From the NCBI RefSeq assembly GCF_001194135.2, contig NC_068997.1:11769214-11817252 (forward strand): a stretch of 48,039 nt of DNA, given 5' to 3'. A program made the translations under genes and the position numbers. Positions 37,060-48,039 of this stretch are shown piece after piece. This DNA comes from Octopus bimaculoides. Taxonomy: Eukaryota. Numbering within the stretch: position 1 is the first letter of the stretch; each line of letters starts with the position of its first letter. The notes under the pieces were generated by a model, which was given only the letters and a program-made list of their open reading frames with translations, was not told where the DNA came from and did not search any database.

Positions 37060-37272
37060 CTCACCACCACTTGACAACCGGTGTTGGTGTGTTTATGTCA
37101 CCGTAACCTAACAGTTCGGCAAAGTGACTGATAACGGAAGTAAGGTTAAACGAAAATACATCCTGGGGTTATTCTTTTATTCTTTGCCGATACAGTAATT
37201 AGTAACCAAAATACTGGGGATCGATCCAGTCGACTATAAATTTCGATGTTTCAGTCAAATGATGTAAACAAC
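37060..37272 (+). mobile_element. 3' half of SINE type C, degenerate
   Basis: CCACCACTTGACAACCGGTGTTGGTGTGTTTATGTCACCGTAACCTAACAGTTCGGCAAA matches 41301-41365. Confidence 0.75.
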
Positions 37273-38204
37273 TGAAGTACATGGACAAATAGAAACTGAA
37301 AATGTACGAAACCTCGATCTGATATTTGTAGTTATATCCTCATCATGTTCAGATTCCTTGCTTGTATTCGCAATTTATTATAGTGAAATTGTGTGTCGTC
37401 TGAGTAAAAGTGAATAATCTAATACAATATTAATATGTTTACATATAGGAAGTAAATATTGTTAGATATCTCTCAAAAGGTCAGTGCATGATATATATTT
37501 GTCAGACGACTGTATTTGTAAATGTATGATGGAAAAGATCTTTTTCTATTAAACATTATAATTATGTTATATAATAATCTTCAATCTAACCAGATGCGTT
37601 TTCATATATCTTGATATCTTACGTTTCTACGACTCTTCAATTCCCCATAGAATTTTAACGAATCATCTAAGAAAAATTGGAAATTTGTAATAAAATAATA
37701 CTACTGTGTAGGCGACAGTAGTTTTTGCTGAATGAAATGGAAAACTAAAAATACCAATTATGTTTTAATAGCTATTAGTGATGTATGACTTAGAAATTGA
37801 ATAAAGTGGATCTCCGAGGTTGCGATGAAGAAAAGTTTTGAACGTGGATCCATATTCATAATGGAATGCAAATTAGTCCACTATATCTACCACATATATA
37901 GTCTTTATGCAAAGTTTCATTCCATTTCGAGTTGAATCCTTTCTATCTCCGCATCTGGAATTGCAACTTTGAACATATACTGATGTAATCACCAAAAGCC
38001 AAAAGACAAAAACAAAAAGCGGATCAATTGATTAATATCTCAGTTTAAACAGAAGAATAACAATACCATCTCAATGGCCAATTCGCATTGGTACCACAGC
38101 TGTCAATGAGGCAATCAGCGAGTAACTAATAGTAATATTAATGATAGCAACAATAGCAACAATAACAACGACGACGATGATGATGATGATGATGATGTTA
38201 AAGA

Positions 38205-38325
38205 TGGTCCCAGTACTCAACTGGTACTTATTCTGACGACCTCGAAAGGATGAAAGACGGTGGAATTTGAACTAAGAACGTGAAGAAGGACGAAATGCCG
38301 CCAAACTCTTTGCCCTTCAGCCACT
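38205..38325 (-). mobile_element. Degenerate SINE type A
   Basis: ACTGGTACTTATTCTGACGACCTCGAAAGGATGAAAG..GGAATTTGAACTAAGAACG..GACGAAATGCCGC is the reverse complement of type A. Confidence 0.75.
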
Positions 38326-38729
38326 GTGTTGTTTCTGATAAATACATGAATACATACACATACATATACATATATATATATGACAAATGAAAGACGGAAT
38401 ATTGAATATACGAGAATTTATTATCAATCACGACAATTGTTTCGACACGTCTAGCATCGATCCCTCGTGGGTAGGAGACTCAACAACTGGTTCAAGAGCA
38501 TCCGGCGGTGCAGATGTATCTCGTCGGGTGATAAATAAATACAACTCGATGAAATAATAGTTCCGCAATGTAACTTTTCGTTTTGTAGAAAGAAAAGCAG
38601 CCAGAGGGAGGAAATATCTTCATTTATATAGATAAAAAAAAATCACAGGCAGCAGAAAGAGAAACGAACACGCAATCCGGAGAGAAAAGTATAAAAAATA
38701 TTTCTCCAGACTTACTTCCCAAAGACTGG

Positions 38730-39918
38730 AATAAATGGAACTTTGCGTAATTATTAGTCCGTCTCTAGAGAGCCACCACCAACGGTAACACACTTCTTCC
38801 ATCGCTGCATGCAGCAGTAAGACCTCGTCTGTAGAAGTCGCTAGGTTGCGTATGGAACTAAGACTTCACCTCGGAAATAAGTTCATCATCATCTGAAAAG
38901 TGCTTGCTCTTCAAATAAGACTTCACGATTGAAGGCAGTAGAAGTCAGATAGTGGGAGGCCAGAAAAGTAAGGGGATGAAGGATTTCATAGCCGCAGGAG
39001 TGTGCTTTCATCTGAACAATATTCGCATTGAGAACTGAAGTGTTATCTTAAAGGAGACGAACTCCTTTGGTCAGCATGACACGCCTCTCTGCTTTGAAGG
39101 CGTCCTTTGCAGCAGAAAAGCATAATATATCCCGTTAATTGTGGTGCCCTTTCCCAGAAAATCCATCATTACTATTCCGTGCTGGTCCATAAAGAATGTG
39201 CGTATCACCTTGCTTGCTGAGGGTTAGATACGTACTTTCTTTGGAGGTGGTGAGTTATCATGCTTCCATTGTTTAGACTCGATTTTAGTCACATCATCAT
39301 AGTGATAGATCTATGTTTCATCCTGTAAGTGTCTCCCTCGTTTTCTTGGCACATTCCTGAAGGAGCCTGGAAGCAAATGATTCGTTTCTGCTTTTCGAAA
39401 GGTGTGCGCATCCGGTGAATCCATTGTGCAGACAATTTCCTCATGTGAAAATGATTGTGAATGATTTTTCCAAGGACCCTACACTTATCTTCATTTCTTG
39501 GGCTTGTTTCCGAATAGTCATGCGGTGATCCTCCAAAATGGCGTCTTTCACTTTATGGATAGCGTCATTATCAATGGAGGAATGTGGTCGACCAGGAATA
39601 AGAGCAGTTTTACACGAATGTCTGACCACATTTGAACTGACAATAACAATGCTTGACTACGTCGTGTGATGGTGTATCTTCACCATAAACTTCTTTCATC
39701 ACATCGAAAGTCTCTTTCGTGTACAACCTTTGAAGTATAAGAACCTGATCACTGATCTGAATTCAACTGCCTCCATTATAACATCTAGTCCACTTCAGCA
39801 GCCGTACAAGACAATCGAATATTAGTGGAAAACTGCAATTTAGGATTATACCTGTACAATTTCCTTGTCCTACAATATCGGACGTGGGTAAGGGGAGAGC
39901 TTTAATGAATACGCCTCG
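38730..39918 (-). mobile_element. Mariner element, transposase pseudogene (ATG at 39776), 3' TIR not found
   Basis: Right end TA|CGAGGCGTATTCATTAAAG; minus translation MEAVEFRSVIRFLYFKG..KETFDVMKEVYGED, PGRP, DET*IYHYD..TKIESKQWKH..SPPPKK, DFLGKGTTING.YY and KSYLKSKHFSDDDELISEV. Confidence 0.93.
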
Positions 39919-40599
39919 TATATATGTATTTTATTTTTTAAAGTCATATGTTTCAGCAGATAGTTAATGTTTAGGGTGGAGAAACTTCTGATTTTGCGTT
40001 TATTATATTTTGTACATTTGTTCTTACTTCACACGATTAACTTTTCATAACCTGCAGCGGGAGAAATGAATGTCAACGGAAACCGGACCAAACCGTATAT
40101 TCACTTCTAACTCGCATATGAAGAGAACTATAATTTTGCGGCATAAAATATTTAGCTTAAAAGCACTAAAATACAGGTAAAGCGTTTTAAGATATATTAA
40201 TGGATAAAGTATAGTGTACATTAACTACTTTTAATTTCAAGACTTATAAATAATACAGCTTAGATGTTATGTTGAATCAACGTTCTCTTATCTATTCGCT
40301 ATGTTGTACCTGAATCTAATATTCATCTAATGAGTCTAAACACCGAAAAATATTTTACTACTTGTGAAAGTGCACAGATAACATTTAATACAATTCCTCT
40401 CATAAACTCAATATCAAATCACAACAGCGGACACAACTGCTTTCCTAGTCGTAAAATGTTATGCTCAATACGTGTGATGGGAAAGGAAGCTTCAAATACA
40501 ACCAACACTCGTCTTGTCTGTTCACCTGACGCCGTCAGTACTGTAATCGAAACAAGTTATAGAAGCAAAACCCGGTACACAGTCATACATATTACTGTA

Positions 40600-40628
40600 T
40601 ATAGATAGATAGATAGATAGATATATGT

Positions 40629-40679
<51 letters not shown>

Positions 40680-40785
40680 TATAGATAGATAGATAGATAG
40701 ATATAATACACACACACATACATACACAGATACATGCATACATACATGCATACATACATACATACATACATACATACGTACATAT
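40600..40785. repeat. (TAGA)n and (TACA)n microsatellites
   Basis: Directly visible. Confidence 0.95.
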
Positions 40786-41080
40786 ATCGCGCAGATTCCC
40801 TGTCTTTCTCTCATTGCCCATTTCTACTATTTATTTATGAATGGGGAGCTTGAGTTATAATGCATCTTTCATTCGCTGATTGCTCAAACAGGGACGCTTC
40901 ACTTATGGATACGTTGTAGTTACTCTAGTGACAGAACTTGGTGATCTTGACCGTTGATCTTCATGGACTCCTCCATTCCGTATCACAATACACCATGCTC
41001 TATTCCTAAAACTTCGCTGCATCGCTGGTAGGGCATCCACTGTTACGGTCGTCGTTCGATGAAATATTTTCAAAATATAT

Positions 41081-41475
41081 GCATAGGAGTGGCTATGTGG
41101 TAAGTTGCTTGCTTACCAACCACATGGTTGCGGGTTCAGTCCCACTGAGTTGCACCTTAGGCAGGTATCTTCTACTATAGCCTCGGGCCGACCAAAGCCT
41201 GGTGAGTGGATTTGGTAAACGGAAAATGAACGAAGCCCCTCGTAGATATGTATATGTATATATGTGTGTGTATATGTTTGTGTGTCTGTGTTTGTAACCC
41301 CAACATCACTTGACAACCGATGCTGGTGTCTTTACGTCCCCGTAACTTAGCGGTTCGGCAAAAGAGACCGATAGAATAAGTACTAGGCTTACAAAGAATA
41401 AGTTCTGGGATCGATTTGCTCGACCAAAGGCGGTGCTCCAGCATGGCCACAGTCAAATGACTGAAACAACTAAAG
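41081..41475 (+). mobile_element. Full-length tRNA-headed SINE type C
   Basis: A-box-like TGGCTATGTGG and B-box GGGTTCAGTCCC; internal (TG)n; 3' GGCGGTGCTCCAGCATGGCCACAGTCAAATGACTGAAACAA; related copies at 15.6, 37.1 and 45.0 kb. Confidence 0.92.
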
Positions 41476-42974
41476 GGTAATGTGTGTGTATGTGTGTGTG
41501 TGTGTGTGTGTGCCCGCGTGCGTGAGTACCCGCATATATGTGTTTGAGTCTGTGTGCGTGTTTGTGTGAGTGTGTTTGTGTGTGTATGCTTAGGAGTATG
41601 CACAGCCACATACATACCTGTATATAACCATGATCTGCGGAGATGCAAGTGTAAAATGTATAAAACTACATTTTTCTGTTGCTGACATTGTCCAAATAAA
41701 TCAACAAAACAGCTTGAGTTGACTATTAAAGCTCAATTTAAACTTTAGAAAAGATGTATACCTTCGTGAATATATTATTTATTTCATAGAATTGGAATTG
41801 GAAAATAAATTATTTGTTTGAATAATATCTGTAGTTTGTGCCCTATTGGACACATTCCTGTAAATTTTAAGATATATGATTGGCAATAAATTATTCTGTC
41901 AAACATACCACCTGCTGAATAATATGAGACTGTGATTTCCACAGATTTGAAACCAGGGTACAGCTATTTCACGTTTAATTAAAGAGGATGATTCATTTCA
42001 GATGCAAATAGAAACATCAAGTAAACAAAGTCGGTGGTTGTCGCAGAATTAAATAATATTGAACGCTAAGACTTTAATTATTAGGTTCAATAGTTTCGAA
42101 TTATGGTGATTAATCCTAACGTCAGTGAATTTGTTGGTTAAAACTGTAAAACGTGAAACTAAATGCCTTGCGGTATTTCTTTTCATTCCAAATTTATAAC
42201 ATGCCGCAGTTGTCTTTGTTTTTCAGCTTTTCGACATCGATAAAAAAAACATGCAATTTCAATATACTAACATTGATTCCAATCTGAAAAGCCACTCATG
42301 CAGACACTAGCCTTGTTCCTTTAACACATGTAATTAAAACAAGATTGACGCCATAACTAGTATGTAGTTTCTTTCAATACTATTTTGGTGTCACATCTCT
42401 CAACTGTTGTTTTTACATTTAATGCTGTTGCAGACGGTTAAAAATCTTTGAAGTTGTTTACTGCACTTGCATGTTCAAATATCGATTTAATATAATACAA
42501 TGAACCTCCGCCATTCAAATATCAATTTTGTAAATTGTCAAGAGAACATACTGATATCGAATTCCAGTTGTCTGCAATGTAGTGAAGGAAAGCAGAATGT
42601 TAACTCTGTTTCAATACAAATTTGAAACTATTCGTCTACTTTCAGGCTGTTAATGACATTTAGAATCGTATAAACTGAAAAATAACCAAGTATCTCATTC
42701 CATTAATATATAAAGAATTTTAATTAATAAAATTTTAATCAATAGTTAATAAACCGAAAAACGTAATAATACCTTACTATGCTTCGATGGAGATATTATA
42801 GTTTATTTGGAGCTGAAATACCAATAGAGACATGATTATTTTACATGGCCGTGGAAAATATAAGTACATCTTTTTTTTAGTCATTCAGAAATCTGACTAA
42901 ATTTAAAGTGAGATGGATAATTGATCTAATATCCTTAAAAGTAATTGGTACAATTTTGGTTTCATATTCTTTTC

Positions 42975-43590
42975 TACTCAATGGACAAGGCCCGAAATTT
43001 TGAAGCATGGGGCCAGTCGATTAGATCAACCTCAGTACGCAACTGGTACTTAATTTATTGAACCCGAAGAGATGAAAGGCAAAGTTAACCTTGGCATAAT
43101 TTGAACTCGGAACATAAAACCGGACGAAATACATATTCCTTTACTACCCACAAGGGGCTATACACAGAGGGGACAAACAAAGATAGNNNNNNNNNNNNNN
43201 NNNNNNNNNNNNNNNNNNNNNNNNNNNNNNNNNNNNNNNNNNNNNNNNNNNNNNNNNNNNNNNNNNNNNNNNNNNNNNNNNNNNNNNNNNNNNNNNNNNN
43301 NNNNNNNNNNNNNNNNNNNNNNNNNNNNNNNNNNNNNNNNNNNNNNNNNNNNNNNNNNNNNNNNNNNNNNNNNNNNNNNNNNNNNNNNNNNNNNNNNNNN
43401 ACGCTTCTGCCAGCTCGCCACCTAAATATGTACAAATATTCTTTTCTACTCTAGGCACAAGGCCCGAAATTTTTGTGGAGGTGGGCCAGTCGATTATATC
43501 GATCTTAGTACGCAACTGGTTCCTAATTTATCGACCCCGAAAGGATGAAAGGCAAAGTCGACCTCGGCGGAATTTAAACTCAGAACGTAA
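42975..43590 (-). mobile_element. Stack of three same-orientation SINE type A copies (middle copy spans the gap)
   Basis: 42975-43135 and 43440-43590 are related direct copies (CAAGGCCCGAAATTTT...CAGTCGATTA..CGCAACTGGT..GATGAAAGGCAAAGT); 43401-43425 is the reverse complement of a type A 5' end. Confidence 0.85.
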
Positions 43591-45037
43591 AGCCCTGCAA
43601 ATTTGTCAAAAAAAACAAAACAATAATAATGATCTATTGGTTTCACGGATTATCGAATGCAATTCTGGCGAAAAGAAATCCACATCGGCTGCTTTCAGCT
43701 GAATAGCATTCCAGAAGGTTAAATATTATTTCCAATTTGTCTAGATCTTGTCGGAAATGGAAACGAATGAAAATGAGTGTAAGGGATGACATGGGATGAG
43801 GCTAGATGATAAAACGCCTGCACTAGGAGACACAACTTCTGTGGGAGCGGTGAAAGAAGCGTAGTAAAGACAAAGTGTATTTGAAATGTGCAAGTAATTC
43901 ATTCATTTACAATCTGCCTGATGACCTTTTTTCCATTGTTGTTTGTTAGGGTGTGGTGTGCCTAGTTGCAGCACAGTATATACGACTAAATTACTGTCTA
44001 TACAGTTCCTACTTTCGTGTTGTCTAAACTCAACAACTCTTCAGATTTGGAGTGTCTGTTGTCTATGAAGAGAAACTTGTTGTCTTTAACATACAGTTTT
44101 CGTTATCTAATGAATGCAAGATCGACAAACCATATACATACATGCCTGTGTGTTTGTGTATGTGTGTGCACGTGTGTGCGAGTATGCATGTATACNNNNN
44201 NNNNNATATTGCATTTGATCGGTATTAATTAGGCGAGACGGGTAGAATTCGCAATTGAGCTTTGGCCACATCATTACATATTTTCTGAGAAATTAGTGGT
44301 AAATTGGTAAATCCCGAGTTTGAAAGAAGAAATAGATTAAGTTTACGTTTACACAGCGCTTATAATGTGAAGAAATGTCATGCCTCAAATATTCTTAAGT
44401 CAATTTTTGCTCAGTAATTAAGAGCATAAATTCTTAAACATAGCGTAATAAATGTATTTTGATATTTGTAGGATGTAAGATGAAATTCAGCTGTTGGAAT
44501 AATGTTATTCACTTAAATATGATTGCACCTAATAAATCTATTCTTCTGTTAATTTGTTCCATAAACCTATTCACGGTTAAACACAATGACTTGAATTATG
44601 TTTATGTAATAATATATTGAATGAATTACTTCGTAATAGTTGAGACGAGATGTTTGAGATTCATTTTCAGTCTATAACACGGGAAGGCTTATTAAAATGA
44701 AACGGAGAAGCTGCTTAATGAATTTACACTTAACTTGAAGTTTTTATGAATTGAGTTCCTATACACAACGATCGCACGTCTAAAATAGGAGTCTAATTAG
44801 AATTAAATAACACCGTATTGTCTTAAAGTAAATGGATGGCAAATCGGCATAATTTAAATTTATACATTATGTTTGAAACACTTATTAGGCATTGGTGGAA
44901 ACTGGAAGATGCTTAACCTTTAGTTTGGTATAGGACTAAAGAACAGCATGAATAGATTTAAATTATAGATTTAAATTATAAGTGTAACGATGGTACACTA
45001 TTTCTAGTAGTAGAATGATCGAAATGCTATCCATACA

Positions 45038-45406
45038 GGCGCTGGCATGGCAGGAACCTTGCTGTCTATCCACATGCTTTCGGATTGCACCTTGGGAAAG
45101 TGTCTTCTTCTATAGCTTCGCGCTCTCTAAAGCCATGTGAGTGGATTTGGTAGGCGGAAACTGCAAGAAGCCCGTCATACATACTTGTATGTATGTGTGT
45201 GTGTCTTTGTGCCTGTTTGTCCAACACCACCGCTTCACTACTGGGGTTGGTGTGCTTACATCCCCATCAATTAGCAGTTCGCAAAGAGACCGATACAATA
45301 AGTACCAGGATTTTTAAAACATAAATACATGTTGAGGGTTGATTCGACTAAAAATGAAAGGTGGTGCTCCAGCATGGCAGCAATCTAATGACTGAAACAA
45401 TTAAAG
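45038..45406 (+). mobile_element. Degenerate SINE type C
   Basis: CACCTTGGGAAAGTGTCTTCTTCTATAGC..GTGAGTGGATTTGGTAGGCGGAAACTGCAAGAAGCCCGTC...GGTGGTGCTCCAGCATGGCAGCAATCTAATGACTGAAACAA. Confidence 0.85.
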
Positions 45407-45684
45407 AATATTTCTGGAATAAAAAAAAAATGTTTTTCACTAGAAAATAAATAAAACAGAATACATTTCAAGTAATGAAGCATTCTTTCCCAAATTGTAT
45501 ACGGTCATGGGTGTAACATGCAGTTACAATGACGAAGAGCAAAAGTAAGATCAACAGAGATACTCAAATATATTTCATTTATCGTCGAACTTTATGCTTG
45601 TTTAGGCAAACGTAGTAAATGTTAGCTAACCTTAGCTTACAGGACTACAATTGAATATGCAATACTCACAATATGCACACCGTT

Positions 45685-45690
45685 TGTGTG

Positions 45691-45747
<57 letters not shown>
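45685..45747. repeat. (TG)n microsatellite
   Basis: Directly visible. Confidence 0.95.
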
Positions 45748-45749
<2 letters not shown>

Positions 45750-48006
45750 GTAAATGAGAAAACTGGAAATGAAAACAGATATTTAAAGAACGTTTCCAAC
45801 CGAGAAATTGTTTATTTACTTATGATAAGCTTAAACCCTAGATAATATTGTAGATTGTAATAACATTTACACTGATATGACAAGTAAACATGTCAAGAAT
45901 AATTTTTGTCATCTAATGGTTTGTTTGCTGAAATAGAGGGAACCACTAAACTCACAATAGTACTCAAGAAGAGTATTCAACGTAGGTTCTTAATGTGTTA
46001 TAGCACAGTAGAGTAAATGCTGTCTACAAGTGCTTCGATTTATTGTCAGCTCACTCTCTCTTTGTCTCAACATATTGTAGTTCGGCAGTGATTGTGTTTC
46101 CTGTTTCAGTATGATCTATGACAACAATTTTGAGAATGCCTTCAAGTAAAAGTAGTTTGTAAATGATGTACAAGAAAATATATTCAGTCACGTTGTAAAG
46201 AATATCTTTTTTTATAACGAAGATGCATATAACAATATGTCTTCAAGGAATACGAAACAAATGGATTTTACTATGTTGATTCATGACTACGTTAAAAGAT
46301 TTTTCAGTTACCGATGTTACAGTTTTTTAGTGAAATACCATTTTCCGAAATCTCCGTGTTAATTTAAATTGTCAATAGTTGAGGAAGCTTAACGGTACTA
46401 ATTCCTTATGAAATTGCACTTGCACACGTAAGAGGAACATCATAATAATTCTTAATGCTTCCGGCTAGTTTTCTTTTCTCTCCTGTGGAAGTTGTTCAGG
46501 TTTTACGATGCAAAGATAGGAAAGTAAGAAAGAGTGCGGCGGACCTGGAGTGAAATAATGGGAGGAAATTAGCATTGGTTAGTATCAGTTGAAATGACAG
46601 GGCGAGTAGACACTAGAAGAGCGTTCTGATAAGTGATTAGTCACTGAGGGTTAGCGTAATTACATGCTGTGCTGTATGCGTGTATACCAACAACGCTATC
46701 GTCCTAGTTTTGGAATCAGCTTTCCACTCTTCAACCATTGTATCATGCAAAGCGTAGACATAATTTGTATGTCATATAAAATCGTTTTCTCTTTAATATA
46801 TCTTTAGCTGGTGAGGTTCTGTGTATCTTAATATAAGCTTAATATAAGTTCCGATTATTCTTTAATTTACCAGTAAATTGTTTAATTAGGAGATAAATTT
46901 TATTTCACCAAGTAAAATATCTCATTGCTCAACATTCTACAGCAATATCTAAACCTGATTTATAAGTATTGTAATATATACGAGTACTGGTATGCGACAT
47001 TTTATAAAGACATTTTGTAATGACCTGGCAGACCAGCAGTGGATATGTTCCTAAAAACATCACCCAGTATGTACAAACCAAATCTACTATTGATACGGAG
47101 GTGACATAAAATTGTGATTATGTGTGCTTCATATAGAGTTGTCACAGACGACATAAAATAGTTCACCAAACACCATCTGAAAATGATCCTTCAGGTAATT
47201 GGTTGTTCAGTATTTCGTTTACTCGATATCTACAAAACTGTATATGAAGCAGATGTTAATGCGCCCGCAGGGAAGACAATTAAGGAGTCGCTCTGTATAA
47301 TATGGCAAGCTACAGAAAGGACACAATAAAACTAAGACACCTAAGCTCGAAACACTGCAGGGAATTTGCTTTCATGTCTGTGGATTACTAAGAAAAATAT
47401 CGGTGATCAATAAATATATTTGGGCTGCTGGATACATGTAAATACTTAGCATTTGCGTGTTTCATTCAATAAAAATATTCTTGTTTATAGAACTATATTC
47501 ACGTCATTTGCATAATGAATAAATATAAAGCGCACGATGTGTCTCAAATCATGTCAAACTATGTACGTACAGTTATTAATTTTTCATAAAAGCGGAAAAT
47601 TCATCTGATATTTTATCCAAGAAAAACTAATATTATGATTGAAAGTATAAAAAACGTATCCTCGGAGAATGGACGAAAGTGTCGTTTCACTAAATATTAT
47701 ACCTTAATATAAGCATAAACAACACAAGCGAATATTAGATATTTCTGAAATGTTATTTGACGTGATTTAAGAGAAAATTGAAATATAACGGCTGCATAAT
47801 AAATTGCATAGATAATCGACTAATATCTCGATTTAACACTGGCAGGTGAATATGGAGAACTATGAGTCTATGTATAACAGTAAATACACAGGGAAATTTA
47901 AATATCGGCATGTTAAAATATGTGTGTGATTTTATGTGTGTGTGGTTACACATCTGCACATATATACTCACACACACACACAAATGTATATATGCATGCA
48001 TATATC

Positions 48007-48039
<33 letters not shown>

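Noticed and set aside
40424-40540. Minus-strand acceptor followed by LTASGEQTRRVLVVFEASFPITRIEHNILRLGKQLCPLL*
   Set aside because: Short, ends in a stop, antisense frame also open, no recognisable motif; cannot be distinguished from chance.

Overview
AT-rich, microsatellite-dense eukaryotic scaffold DNA with eight N-gaps. The SINE types and (TA)n/(CA)n/(TAGA)n/(ATT)n density look like an Octopus/coleoid cephalopod genome; this is an inference from remembered repeat motifs, not a database result. I could not identify any protein-coding gene, and almost all supplied ORFs are microsatellite or N-gap artefacts. Supported content: (i) four Tc1/mariner elements, one full-length with both TIRs, TA TSD and DD34D spacing but stop-riddled; (ii) non-LTR retroelement relics (RTE-type RT C-termini, an RLE-type endonuclease tail, several Penelope-like GIY-YIG fragments); (iii) many copies of at least three tRNA-headed SINE types; (iv) several foldback/hairpin structures. 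Four GC-richer islands with long open frames (about 5.1-5.5, 13.2-13.8, 26.8-27.1 and 31.9-32.6 kb) could be exons of an unrecognised gene with large introns, but strand and identity are unresolved. I found no convincing new multi-gene system. The best leads are a tRNA-like Pol III module embedded downstream of a Penelope endonuclease, a ~720 bp foldback, a pre-miRNA-sized hairpin, SINE module swapping/chimeras, a CTCF-consensus site carried by a mariner, and the unidentified coding-like islands.
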